A stretch of DNA of 63,947 nt, the filler included, from Candidatus Hydrogenedentota bacterium (GTDB taxonomy: Bacteria > JBFMHD01), in NCBI GenBank assembly GCA_040752395.1. It is 14 parts of 14 records of this genome, joined end to end, with 100 filler letters (N's around TTAATTAATTAA, not from the genome) between each part and the next. Parts side by side here need not be neighbours in the genome. Positions count along the whole stretch, not along the records: positions 7,442 to 25,612 come from JBFMHD010000025.1; positions 25,713 to 29,315 come from JBFMHD010000250.1; positions 29,416 to 32,993 come from JBFMHD010000251.1; 11 more parts are not named here. One strand, given 5' to 3'. This document shows, in pieces, positions 20,671 to 29,427 of this stretch. The number at the start of each line of letters is the position of its first letter. Within the stretch, counting starts at the first letter, position 1. The notes under the pieces are model-generated. The model was not told the DNA's origin and searched no databases. It saw only the letters and a list, made by a program, of their open reading frames with translations. Position numbers and translations under genes: made by a program.

Positions 20671-21012
20671 CTCCTCTGAAAAACATTGTAACTCTAATGA
20701 TATCAAGTAGAAGCAAGAGGCAAGAAGCAAGAAGCAAGAAGCAAGATAACGGAAGAAGTGAGAGGTGTCAGGACAGGCTACAGGCTACGGACTACAGCCG
20801 GCTGGAGACAAAAGCCAAAAGCCAGCTGAAAAGTCTTGAGTCTTGAGTCTCGAGTCCTGTTTTGACTCACGACTTGCGACTTGTGACTCACGACTCTTTT
20901 CATATCATCTTTAGTTTTTCATCCTTTGTGCCTTTGCCTGCCTGCCGCGGCGGAGCGCGGCGCAGGCAGGTGCCTCTGTACCTTTGAAAGTAAAAAGTAA
21001 GAAGTATCGAAA
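20671..21012. repeat. Long modular repeat chain containing a nested 34-bp palindrome
   Basis: Contains the CTCCTCTGAAAAAC, AAGCAAG, GTGTCAGGAC, CAGCCGGCTG, GTCTTGA/GACTCAC, TATCATCTTTAG, GTGCCTYT and AAGTATC modules. Confidence 0.93.
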
Positions 21013-21021
21013 GGACAAACT

Positions 21022-21831
21022 TTATCTTACTGTAATTTTTTTCTCGCCAGTAGCAAAAAGACCATAATACTCAGCTGGTACATTATCTTTTACTGCTTCA
21101 TAAAGAAAATGTTCTGCAAAACCACCAATAAGGTCATCACCCACAATATCAGTCACCATAAACTCGCAAAACCCTGATATAATGTTAGAATCCTTCTTTA
21201 AGACGCAGGCAAAAACAGACGGCACACCACCTTGATTGTAATTAATTACCTGTTTTATGTCCTGATTAATACTTGAGAATTTTATTTTATCACCAGCTTT
21301 AAATTTATCTACCCCGGTTTTATCAATAAAGAAATATTGTATATAATCTTCTCCTGGAGCCGATTTGAAACTCCCTGCTTTCCTTATAAGAAACTGAGTC
21401 TTGTATTCTATCCCTGTATTCAATTCAATAGCTAATTTAATTCTGTTTGCATCCATCACCCCGACTATACCAGCGGACTCGGGTATAACCGTAACCACCT
21501 TTGTTGTAGTTTGATCAGTGGAAGCTTTACCTATTAATCTCATCATATAAAGAGGTAATTTTTTAGCTGCTTTTACTGTTAGTATACAATTTCTCTGAGA
21601 TACTACTGGAGTCTGATCTTTAAAAATTATATTCTTCTGTTTTGCTTTTGAATTTAAATAATCTATAGCCTTTTGAGGTTCATAAGGAAGATATTGACCT
21701 GCTTCCTTGAGAAGTAATTCTATCTCTTTCTGCAATGCTCGTCGGCCCTTAATACTTCTGTATACATCAGCCACCATACCAACAGCTATTAAAAACGCGA
21801 GTACACTACCAATTAGTATCAATCTTTTCAT
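21022..21831 (-). CDS. Hypothetical protein with N-terminal TM helix (weakly Tad/TadG-like)
   Basis: 269-aa ORF. Hydrophobic N-terminus followed by DVYR..RRALQ. Confidence 0.5.
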   Translation of the reverse strand: MKRLILIGSVLAFLIAVGMVADVYRSIKGRRALQKEIELLLKEAGQYLPYEPQKAIDYLNSKAKQKNIIFKDQTPVVSQRNCILTVKAAKKLPLYMMRLIGKASTDQTTTKVVTVIPESAGIVGVMDANRIKLAIELNTGIEYKTQFLIRKAGSFKSAPGEDYIQYFFIDKTGVDKFKAGDKIKFSSINQDIKQVINYNQGGVPSVFACVLKKDSNIISGFCEFMVTDIVGDDLIGGFAEHFLYEAVKDNVPAEYYGLFATGEKKITVR

Positions 21832-21872
21832 ATTGCAATTTTATAGTAAAAAATATAATTATAGTCAAGAAA

Positions 21873-21985
21873 AATTTTCTGATACTTCGTATTCCCTCAG
21901 TTTTCGGTGGAGTTTCTTTATCTTGCTTCTTAAGTAAATTCTACAGCACCAATAACTGACGGATTACGATACTTCTTACTTTTGC
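21873..21985. repeat. Repeat element, subfamily 2, between divergent genes
   Basis: TTTTCTGATACTTC, GTATTCCCTCAGTTTTCGGTGG, TTATCTTGCTTCT, AATAACTGACGGATTAC and GATACTTCTTACTTTT. Confidence 0.7.
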
Positions 21986-21997
21986 CAGTGAGAAAAG

Positions 21998-22879
21998 ATG
22001 AAACCTGATTATTTGAAGATAAAACTGAGACCTCCTAATAAAAATAGAAAACATATCGAGATGCTTTTAAAAAAATACAATCTTAGAACAATCTGTGATT
22101 ATGCATTATGCCCGAATAAATGTGAATGTTATAATAACTCTGAGCTAACGTTTCTTATTCTGGGTCCTTACTGCTCTCGTAAATGTGGATTCTGTAGGAT
22201 CAGCACTATCGATTCTTCACCAGATCTCGATTATAGTGAACCGTATAATATTTTAAAAATCGCAAAGATACTTAAATTAAAATACGTTGTAATAACCTCA
22301 ACAACAAGGGATGATTTACCATTTTATGGCGCCTCACATTTTGCAGAGATAACCACACTTCTTAAAAATAACAATATCCCTGTCGAGTTACTTATACCGG
22401 ATTTCAATGGTGATAATAAATGTTATGAAATAATTTATAATAGTAAACCTGATGTTATCTCACATAATATTGAGACTGTACCTGCTCTCTATAACAAATT
22501 CAGGCAAGATTTCTCTTTTGATAGAAGTATCTCGCTTCTTAAGTGGTTCAGAGAAAAAGATAAAGATGTCATTCTCAAGACCTCAATACTTGTTGGGATT
22601 GGTGAAACTATCAATGATTTAACAAAAGTTTTTACCATCCTCTATAATTATCAAATAAATATTTTAATTATAGGTCAGTATCTCCAGCCAACAAAAAATA
22701 ATCCTTTAGTTGTAAAATATTATTCTCTTGATGAATTTAAACTTCTTGAGAATCTTGCTTTAAGATGTGGTATCCCTGTGGTTGTATCATCGCCGTTTGC
22801 TCGAAGCTCGTATAAAGCTTCCAGCATTAAATCAAAAGTTGTTATCGAATCTGCTTGTGGAGAGTCTGTACAAATATAA
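21998..22879 (+). CDS. lipA: Lipoyl synthase
   Basis: CX4CX5C (CDYALCPNKCEC), CX3CX2C, HNIETV, GQYLQP and RSSY. Confidence 0.93.
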   Translation: MKPDYLKIKLRPPNKNRKHIEMLLKKYNLRTICDYALCPNKCECYNNSELTFLILGPYCSRKCGFCRISTIDSSPDLDYSEPYNILKIAKILKLKYVVITSTTRDDLPFYGASHFAEITTLLKNNNIPVELLIPDFNGDNKCYEIIYNSKPDVISHNIETVPALYNKFRQDFSFDRSISLLKWFREKDKDVILKTSILVGIGETINDLTKVFTILYNYQINILIIGQYLQPTKNNPLVVKYYSLDEFKLLENLALRCGIPVVVSSPFARSSYKASSIKSKVVIESACGESVQI

Positions 22880-24364
22880 ACCAAAATCATTATAATACTT
22901 GACATTTACGAGCTCATAATCATCACTGCTAAAATTCCTGTCAGCGCTTAATAAATAATATCCGATATTATTCTCTTTTATCTTTTCGCTATATTCCTTT
23001 AATTTATTGAATTGTATCACATTAAAACTTTTGACGTTCTCTAAAAAAGCTAATTCAAAACCTGAGATAAGATTATTCGAAACAATGTTTTTATCTAAAA
23101 CTATCTCTCCACTCATCTGTTGAACAGCTTTGTGATGTGACGTGACAGGATGAACTAAATAGAATATACTTGCGGGTATAACATAACTCGCTATCCAGCA
23201 TAGCATAAATACAGGTAAAACTATCATTTCTATCCAGCTCTTTCTTAGTATAATGCAGTGCTTCGAAAAATTGTTGACAGAGAGAAAGAACAATCTACCA
23301 AGTAAGACAATCTCAATCCCAAGACTTGCAAATAAATACCGCTCCTCTATATATAAGAAGAGATAACCAATATGATATAACAGAATAGCAAAAATTAGAA
23401 AAAAATCATCTCTATTCATTTTTTTAAAATTAATAAATATAAGAGCTAATAGAGTAAAAGTTATAACAGGGAGTCTATAAAAGTTTATAAATAAGTCTTT
23501 TTTAACGTTATCTTTTACTGCGTGAAAAAATTGTTTTAATGAGATATTTAGCTTAAGTGTTGAAGCAAAATTTGTAGGATTACTCCAGAAATGAGTCCTC
23601 TCTCTCTCTGGCTCTAAATATTTATCACCCCAGTCATTTTGGTTCTCACGCTGTACTAATAAATAATAAAGATTGTATCTTACAACAGAATTGTCTGAAA
23701 AGATTATTTTATAAGGTGAATAAAAGATACAAAGACCAATGATAAATATCATAAACTTTTTTATGCGGGACTTTTTTATAAAAAGTAAAAACAAATATAA
23801 TATAAAACCATAGATTATTAAATAAGATTTGACAATACTTCCAAGCCCACAAATCAATCCTGAAATAAACTCATTTTTTAATCTGTCAAAAGTCAATGAT
23901 TGAGAGTAGACTCTTATTAATAATAATATAAACACTGCCACAAGTAGATCAGGAGTCATTGTTAATAATGGGTTACCGCTTAATAAATATAATAAAGCAA
24001 TCACGCAGCTGAACAATGGATAAATAAGGCAGTGGGTAGAGATATTCTGCCATTTGATACCGCCAGCTGCAAGGGGCACCCATACTAAAAAATATATCCC
24101 TGCACTCCAGCAGATCCCTATTATTAAAGAGAGGTATTTAGCACAATATATCGGATTTAATTTTAAAAAATGTACTGGTATGAGTAAGAGCGTATAAGCA
24201 GGGCTCCAGTATCCTGTAAAACCAGACAGCTCTCCACAAGATAATATCCTTGAATTGTCAAGATAACTCAAGCCATCAGAAGAAACAATAGCACCACTAT
24301 TCTTTATAAAAAAACAAACCGCAGATAAATATATAACAAAAAACAGAATTAAAAGTTTTTTAAT
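22832..24364 (-). CDS. Polytopic membrane protein, GT-C fold-like glycosyltransferase; possible ATT start
   Basis: DGLSY..GYWSP, TPD and EERY motifs with many TM segments. The frame is open to an ATT at 24364 preceded by AAGGGG. Confidence 0.6.
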   Translation of the reverse strand: MKKLLILFFVIYLSAVCFFIKNSGAIVSSDGLSYLDNSRILSCGELSGFTGYWSPAYTLLLIPVHFLKLNPIYCAKYLSLIIGICWSAGIYFLVWVPLAAGGIKWQNISTHCLIYPLFSCVIALLYLLSGNPLLTMTPDLLVAVFILLLIRVYSQSLTFDRLKNEFISGLICGLGSIVKSYLIIYGFILYLFLLFIKKSRIKKFMIFIIGLCIFYSPYKIIFSDNSVVRYNLYYLLVQRENQNDWGDKYLEPERERTHFWSNPTNFASTLKLNISLKQFFHAVKDNVKKDLFINFYRLPVITFTLLALIFINFKKMNRDDFFLIFAILLYHIGYLFLYIEERYLFASLGIEIVLLGRLFFLSVNNFSKHCIILRKSWIEMIVLPVFMLCWIASYVIPASIFYLVHPVTSHHKAVQQMSGEIVLDKNIVSNNLISGFELAFLENVKSFNVIQFNKLKEYSEKIKENNIGYYLLSADRNFSSDDYELVNVKYYNDFGLYLYRLSTSRFDNNF

Positions 24365-24380
24365 AGTTTAACCCCTTTCA

Positions 24381-24470
24381 TCTTGCTTCTTGCTTCTTGA
24401 TATCCCCTCAGTCTACTACGGGTCTAAAGACCCTCACTACTCTGTGCCTCTTTCTTTATCTTGCTTCTTG
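24381..24470. repeat. Repeat modules overlapping a gene 3' end
   Basis: (CTTGCTT)n plus CTCAGTCTACTACGGGTC-taaa-GACCCTCACTACT. The same module occurs at 33129-33163 with a different 4-nt loop. Confidence 0.8.
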
Positions 24471-25612
24471 CTTCTTACATAATATAATGCTCTGGTAAAA
24501 AATATAAAAGAAATAATGGCATATAAAATAATTATATATTCTCCACCATAAAGCCTCGTCATAATAACATCACTACCATATATTGCTATGGCTTCTAATT
24601 GTATATAAACCTTACCAAAAATCGATTCAAGCAAAGTTAATGGTCTGTTATGATTGTATAAGGTCAAATAAAACATATTTACTATAACTACTGAGGTTCC
24701 ACAAAGTTGAATAAACACACTGAATAAAAATATTATAAAAAAAAGAATCTTATTAATCTCTTTATAAGCAAAACTATAAATTGAAATAAATAGCAGAATA
24801 AGATATGGAACCATAAGCCGCGGTCCGTACTCAAGATTAATCTCTTTGTCCCGCCAGAAACTGTATAACAAAAGATAAGAAAGAAAAATAATCCACGAAA
24901 TTAAAATATCTTTTATCTTTATGGACTCCTGCTCTTGCCGGAATAATATGACTAATTTGTAAAAAGTATAAAAAAACGTTAATATTAATAATGGGAAATA
25001 GTAAAATATGGACTTGAATGGACTTAATAAATATATCCTTAAACCCTCTAATAAGTTCGAATCCCATAAATTCTCATATCCTGTTTCAAGTATATCCCCT
25101 GTTCTTATATAATTATAATACGCTGCAATAATAAGAGCTAAAAACAACCAGGCTGAAATCATTAAAATGGATTGTTTATTTCTATAGAGTAAATAGTAAT
25201 ATACTACTAAAAGAAATATCGCAATGATTGTATCAAATCTCACTAAAAATAACAGAGATACAATAACCCCGATAATTAAACTATTATATAATTTTGCGTC
25301 TTTAAAAGTTCGCCAGAATAATAAAACAAGTAAAAACGTTGTAAGAACTGTATTGAAAAAATACTCTGCATAAACCCATACTGGAGACGCAAACCCGATT
25401 ATTATTGAACATAACGCTGATTTATATGTATCCAGTCTCGTTCGGCAAATAAGATATGCTACTACAACTGTCAAAGCAGCTGAAAGAATACTTAAAAGAG
25501 AGCAAAACCAGTGTCGCATAACCTCTTTAGCTGTCTCACCTTTGCAGAATCTTGAAAAGAAATCACCTGCATAATAAAAAGGTATGGCAATAAGTGACAT
25601 ACCTATACCAAA
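24437..25612 (-). CDS. Polytopic membrane protein, GT39/GT-C-like (5' truncated)
   Basis: YNYIRTG..ETGY, LLSPFKSIFYYFP and YGPRL. Similar in architecture to 54889-56185. Confidence 0.65.
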   Translation of the reverse strand, partial: FGIGMSLIAIPFYYAGDFFSRFCKGETAKEVMRHWFCSLLSILSAALTVVVAYLICRTRLDTYKSALCSIIIGFASPVWVYAEYFFNTVLTTFLLVLLFWRTFKDAKLYNSLIIGVIVSLLFLVRFDTIIAIFLLVVYYYLLYRNKQSILMISAWLFLALIIAAYYNYIRTGDILETGYENLWDSNLLEGLRIYLLSPFKSIFYYFPLLILTFFYTFYKLVILFRQEQESIKIKDILISWIIFLSYLLLYSFWRDKEINLEYGPRLMVPYLILLFISIYSFAYKEINKILFFIIFLFSVFIQLCGTSVVIVNMFYLTLYNHNRPLTLLESIFGKVYIQLEAIAIYGSDVIMTRLYGGEYIIILYAIISFIFFTRALYYVRSKKQDKERGTE

Positions 25613-25712
25613 NNNNNNNNNNNNNNNNNNNNNNNNNNNNNNNNNNNNNNNNNNNNTTAATTAATTAANNNNNNNNNNNNNNNNNNNNNNNNNNNNNNNN
25701 NNNNNNNNNNNN

Positions 25713-25814
25713 ATGTCATATGGTGTCAGGATGGCTCGTCGCGGTTTTTGTAAGAAAGAAGATTGTATCAATACTTTCGATTATCAACATCTAAAATTTA
25801 TTAATAAAAAATAA
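25713..25814 (+). CDS. C-terminal fragment of a PolX/PHP-domain protein (5' truncated)
   Basis: Translates as MSYGVRMARRGFCKKEDCINT..., matching the YGVxxARRG...NT end of PolX-PHP. Confidence 0.6.
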   Translation: MSYGVRMARRGFCKKEDCINTFDYQHLKFINKK

Positions 25815-26117
25815 AGGGTCTTTCGTAATTAAGTTGCAATATGCGTTCTGCTTTTCTATTTTTTGTTTTTTATTGGATGGGGAATTTATATGAAATTCCT
25901 ACACTTATAGATGAATTATTGAATCAGACTACTCTGGCAAAAAAGTTAAAGAAATTAAAACATACAGGTAAGTTACCTAAATTTAATAAAGGAATATTTA
26001 AAAAAGAACTTGATGATATTATTTTTTTTATATTCTCGGTTTAACCAAAGAAAGGCAATAGTAATTTTGATTTGAGCTGGAAAGTATCACGAACAAAAGA
26101 AAAGAACATTTAATTAT

Positions 26118-27443
26118 TCATCCCGAGATACTTACTCCTTCAAGTAATATCGAAGGCGCACATACACCTGAAACAAAATACTCTGTATTATCGCACACCG
26201 CTACAATCTGCTCCAATATATCTCTTATATTACCAGCTATTGTCATTTTATGAACTGCTTTTTTTATCTCGCCTGATGAAATAATATTACCACTCGCACC
26301 AATAGAAAATTCACCGCTTATCGTATCTATGGTGTGTAATCCCATTAACTCGGTTATGTATAAACCATCATTTACATTTTTTATAAGTGACTCGAAATTG
26401 TTTTCACCTTTTTCTATGTTTAAGTGAATCGGTGCTATACCTGGTATAGCCCTGTATCCTGCTCTGACCCCGTTCCCTGTAAGTCTATCTCCTAATTTTA
26501 TGCTTGAGTATTTATTATGTAAGAATGTTTTTAAGACACCTTTCTCTATTATGTATTTTTTTCTTACAGGAACACCCTCACCATCAAAATTAAAAAGCGA
26601 GATAGAATTATAATCAAACGGGTCATCTACAATGTTTAATACTCTGGAACCTATGTTTTTATCTAATTTATCAACGAATATACTCTTTCTTTTATATATA
26701 TTATCACCTGTTAACGCAGTGATAAAACTCGAGATTAGTTCTGCTGTAATAAAGGGGCTTAAAACAAGGTTGTATTTCCCTGGTTTTAATTCAATCGGGT
26801 AAAACTTTTTTACGATTTTAGAAACTAGTTTTTTTGCAACCTTTTCCGCATCTGGTAATTCCTCTTTAATAGAATACTCTACCTCAAAACCTAACTGCCT
26901 ATCACCTTTTTCTTCTCCAACCGCGGTAATATGTAGTATAGAACAATAACCCTCACCACTGATATCAACCTCAGCGGTATTTAAAATATGTGAATAAAAG
27001 TGCGTAAAACTGCTTTCTATATCTCTAAAACTCTTTATTCGCGAGTCAAGTGATAATGCTATCTCTTCACATAAAAAGGCATTCTTTATTAAATTATCTA
27101 TACCTGGTTCGAACCATTGTTTTTGTTTATCTATTTTTTGATACAAAGAACACTCGTCTTTTGTAGGTAATATATTAGCTCCATCGCTCTCACATACCTC
27201 TGCTATCTCCATAGCATATTTAAGTGTCTTTTCTATGTCTTCATTCTTATTACCAGTGGTAAAAGCAAACCCCACTCTACCATGCTTTATTACCCGTATA
27301 CCAATGCCCTCATCTATATTTTCTCTCTGTTCTTCAATCTTTTTCTCATTCACTTTTACTGATTTACTCTTAGATACACTGTAATATATCTCTCCCTCAA
27401 ACCCATAGTCTTTAATCTTTTTTAAGGTCTTCTCAAATTCCAT
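26118..27443 (-). CDS. pmbA: PmbA/TldE metalloprotease subunit
   Basis: GIGIRV..GFA, FDGEG, TGNG and GEFS; lacks the HExxGH motif. Confidence 0.9.
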   Translation of the reverse strand: MEFEKTLKKIKDYGFEGEIYYSVSKSKSVKVNEKKIEEQRENIDEGIGIRVIKHGRVGFAFTTGNKNEDIEKTLKYAMEIAEVCESDGANILPTKDECSLYQKIDKQKQWFEPGIDNLIKNAFLCEEIALSLDSRIKSFRDIESSFTHFYSHILNTAEVDISGEGYCSILHITAVGEEKGDRQLGFEVEYSIKEELPDAEKVAKKLVSKIVKKFYPIELKPGKYNLVLSPFITAELISSFITALTGDNIYKRKSIFVDKLDKNIGSRVLNIVDDPFDYNSISLFNFDGEGVPVRKKYIIEKGVLKTFLHNKYSSIKLGDRLTGNGVRAGYRAIPGIAPIHLNIEKGENNFESLIKNVNDGLYITELMGLHTIDTISGEFSIGASGNIISSGEIKKAVHKMTIAGNIRDILEQIVAVCDNTEYFVSGVCAPSILLEGVSISG

Positions 27444-27457
27444 TAACGTCTCCCCTT

Positions 27458-28879
27458 TTAGTTTCGGATAGAATCCTTAAGTTCGGTGGATTGTCCACCA
27501 ACAATAAGCTCTTTTATGAGTATCGTTGGTTGGGCATCTGATACAGGGACTCCCTGGCCTTCTTTGCCGCAGGTTCCAACATTAAATCCTAAATCATTAC
27601 CAACTTTCTCTATGTTTAATAATACCTCAGGTCCGCTGCCGAGTAATATAGCGCCTCTTATCGGCTCTTTTATCTCTCCCTTTTCTATAAGATATGCCTC
27701 ACCTACATAAAAAACAAAATTACCTGTTACAGGATCCACTTCTCCGCCGCCCATATTTTTTACAAGTATCCCTTTCTCAACACTTTTAATAATATCAAGT
27801 GGGTCATCATTTCCCGGGTTTATCATAGTATTTCGCATTCGAGGTATCGGTAGATTAGAATAACTCTCGCGTCTACTGTTACCTGTGGGTTTAGTATTCA
27901 TTTTTTTAGCTGTTTTTTTGGAGTGTAAGAATCCTTTTAAAATGCCGTTTTCAATAAGTACAACTTTCTCTGTTTTTATACCTTCATCATCAAAAGAAGC
28001 GCTACCTCTTTTACCGGCTAATCTGCCATTATCAATAACAGTTACTTTTCCCGAGGCAACTCTTTTACCAGTTTTACCCTTATATACACTGAACCCTTTT
28101 TCTACTAAATCAGCTTCAAGTCCGTGTCCGCAAGCCTCATGTATCATTGTACCGCCAGCGGAGCTACTAATCACAACAGGGAACCTGCCGCAAGGTGCTG
28201 GATTAGCGCCGACCTGAACTGCTGCTATTCTGGCTGCCTCTAACCCTATCTTATGCACATCTACTATATTAAAAAATTCTAAACCGTACTGCCCGCCATC
28301 TGCTTTATATCCTGTCCTTATCTCTTCACCATCTCTTAAACATACATTTACAGCAAAAATAATACCCGGGGTAATATCTGAAATTACATTCTCATCATCT
28401 GTTACTATAAATATTTTGCGCATAGACTCACTATAGCGGATAGTAACCTGTAAAACATCTTGATATTTCTCCCGTATGCTATTATCTACTTTTTTCAAAA
28501 TATCAGCTTTCTCATTTAAACTCATAGCAGAGAAATCTTTTTTTATTTCACTAATTGGCTCAAAAATAACTTCTTTTTTCTTTTTTCTTTTTTCTGTCTC
28601 CTGTCTCCTGTCTCCTGTCTTCTTAATCTTTATTTTATTAACTATTTCATCATATCTATCCGAGGGTATGGAATAAAAAATAGTTTTATCACCTGAAAGT
28701 AGCCTTATACCAGTACCAGATGATACGAATCTAATAACATTTTCAAGTTTTCTATCATCAAATATTAAAGTTAGACCCTCTTTATTTTCGCAAAAGATTT
28801 CTGCGTAATCAAATTCATCTTTTATTGATTCAAAAATAGCTTTGTATTCATTTTTGTTTAATGGAATATAGGGTTTCAT
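27458..28879 (-). CDS. tldD: TldD metalloprotease
   Basis: HEACGHGLEAD, DDEG, TGNSRRESY, PRMRNT and CGKEGQ. Confidence 0.93.
   Translation of the reverse strand: MKPYIPLNKNEYKAIFESIKDEFDYAEIFCENKEGLTLIFDDRKLENVIRFVSSGTGIRLLSGDKTIFYSIPSDRYDEIVNKIKIKKTGDRRQETEKRKKKKEVIFEPISEIKKDFSAMSLNEKADILKKVDNSIREKYQDVLQVTIRYSESMRKIFIVTDDENVISDITPGIIFAVNVCLRDGEEIRTGYKADGGQYGLEFFNIVDVHKIGLEAARIAAVQVGANPAPCGRFPVVISSSAGGTMIHEACGHGLEADLVEKGFSVYKGKTGKRVASGKVTVIDNGRLAGKRGSASFDDEGIKTEKVVLIENGILKGFLHSKKTAKKMNTKPTGNSRRESYSNLPIPRMRNTMINPGNDDPLDIIKSVEKGILVKNMGGGEVDPVTGNFVFYVGEAYLIEKGEIKEPIRGAILLGSGPEVLLNIEKVGNDLGFNVGTCGKEGQGVPVSDAQPTILIKELIVGGQSTELKDSIRN
28594..28621. repeat. (CTGTCTY)4 heptamer array inside tldD
   Basis: Four tandem heptamers. 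The same unit occurs intergenically at 71-91. Confidence 0.8.
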
Positions 28880-28880
28880 A

Positions 28881-29315
28881 TCATTCTGAAATTTTAAATA
28901 GGCTTACAAAATTATTATACAAATTTTGTTTTAATATTTCCAGAGACATACCTCTACTTTCACAGACAAAATTGTAAATTTCGCAAACAAAAGACGGTTC
29001 ATTCAATTTACCTCTATGTTTTTGTGGTGTCAAGTAAGGTGAATCAGTTTCAAGAAGCATAAATTCAAGTGGGATATTCTTTATAACAGAGACCGTATCA
29101 GAAGAATTTTTATAAGTAATATTACCACAGAATCCAAGTACAAATCCGTTATCAATTACTTTAAAAGCTAATTTTTTATCACCTGAGAAACAATGCCAGA
29201 CCCCATAAAGTTTCGAACCATCAAAATGTGATTTTAATATTTCATGCATTCTTTTATCTGATTCTCTTGAATGAATTATAATTGGCAGCTCCAGGGATAG
29301 TGCCAACTCAATAAA
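28881..29315 (-). CDS. tatD: TatD-family DNase (5' truncated)
   Basis: IIHSRES, HCFSG, LETDSPYLTP and NEP. Confidence 0.9.
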   Translation of the reverse strand, partial: FIELALSLELPIIIHSRESDKRMHEILKSHFDGSKLYGVWHCFSGDKKLAFKVIDNGFVLGFCGNITYKNSSDTVSVIKNIPLEFMLLETDSPYLTPQKHRGKLNEPSFVCEIYNFVCESRGMSLEILKQNLYNNFVSLFKISE

Positions 29316-29427
29316 NNNNNNNNNNNNNNNNNNNNNNNNNNNNNNNNNNNNNNNNNNNNTTAATTAATTAANNNNNNNNNNNNNNNNNNNNNNNNNNNNN
29401 NNNNNNNNNNNNNNNGATATTTGTAAT

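Noticed and set aside
20671-21012. CRISPR array or single IS/MITE interpretation of the repeat chains
   Set aside because: There is no constant repeat with unique spacers and no cas genes. There is no transposase, and no uniform TIR/TSD or fixed length.
25841-26044. 67-aa + strand ORF
   Set aside because: It has no RBS or recognisable motif and lies in AT-rich DNA between convergent genes, so it is unsupported.
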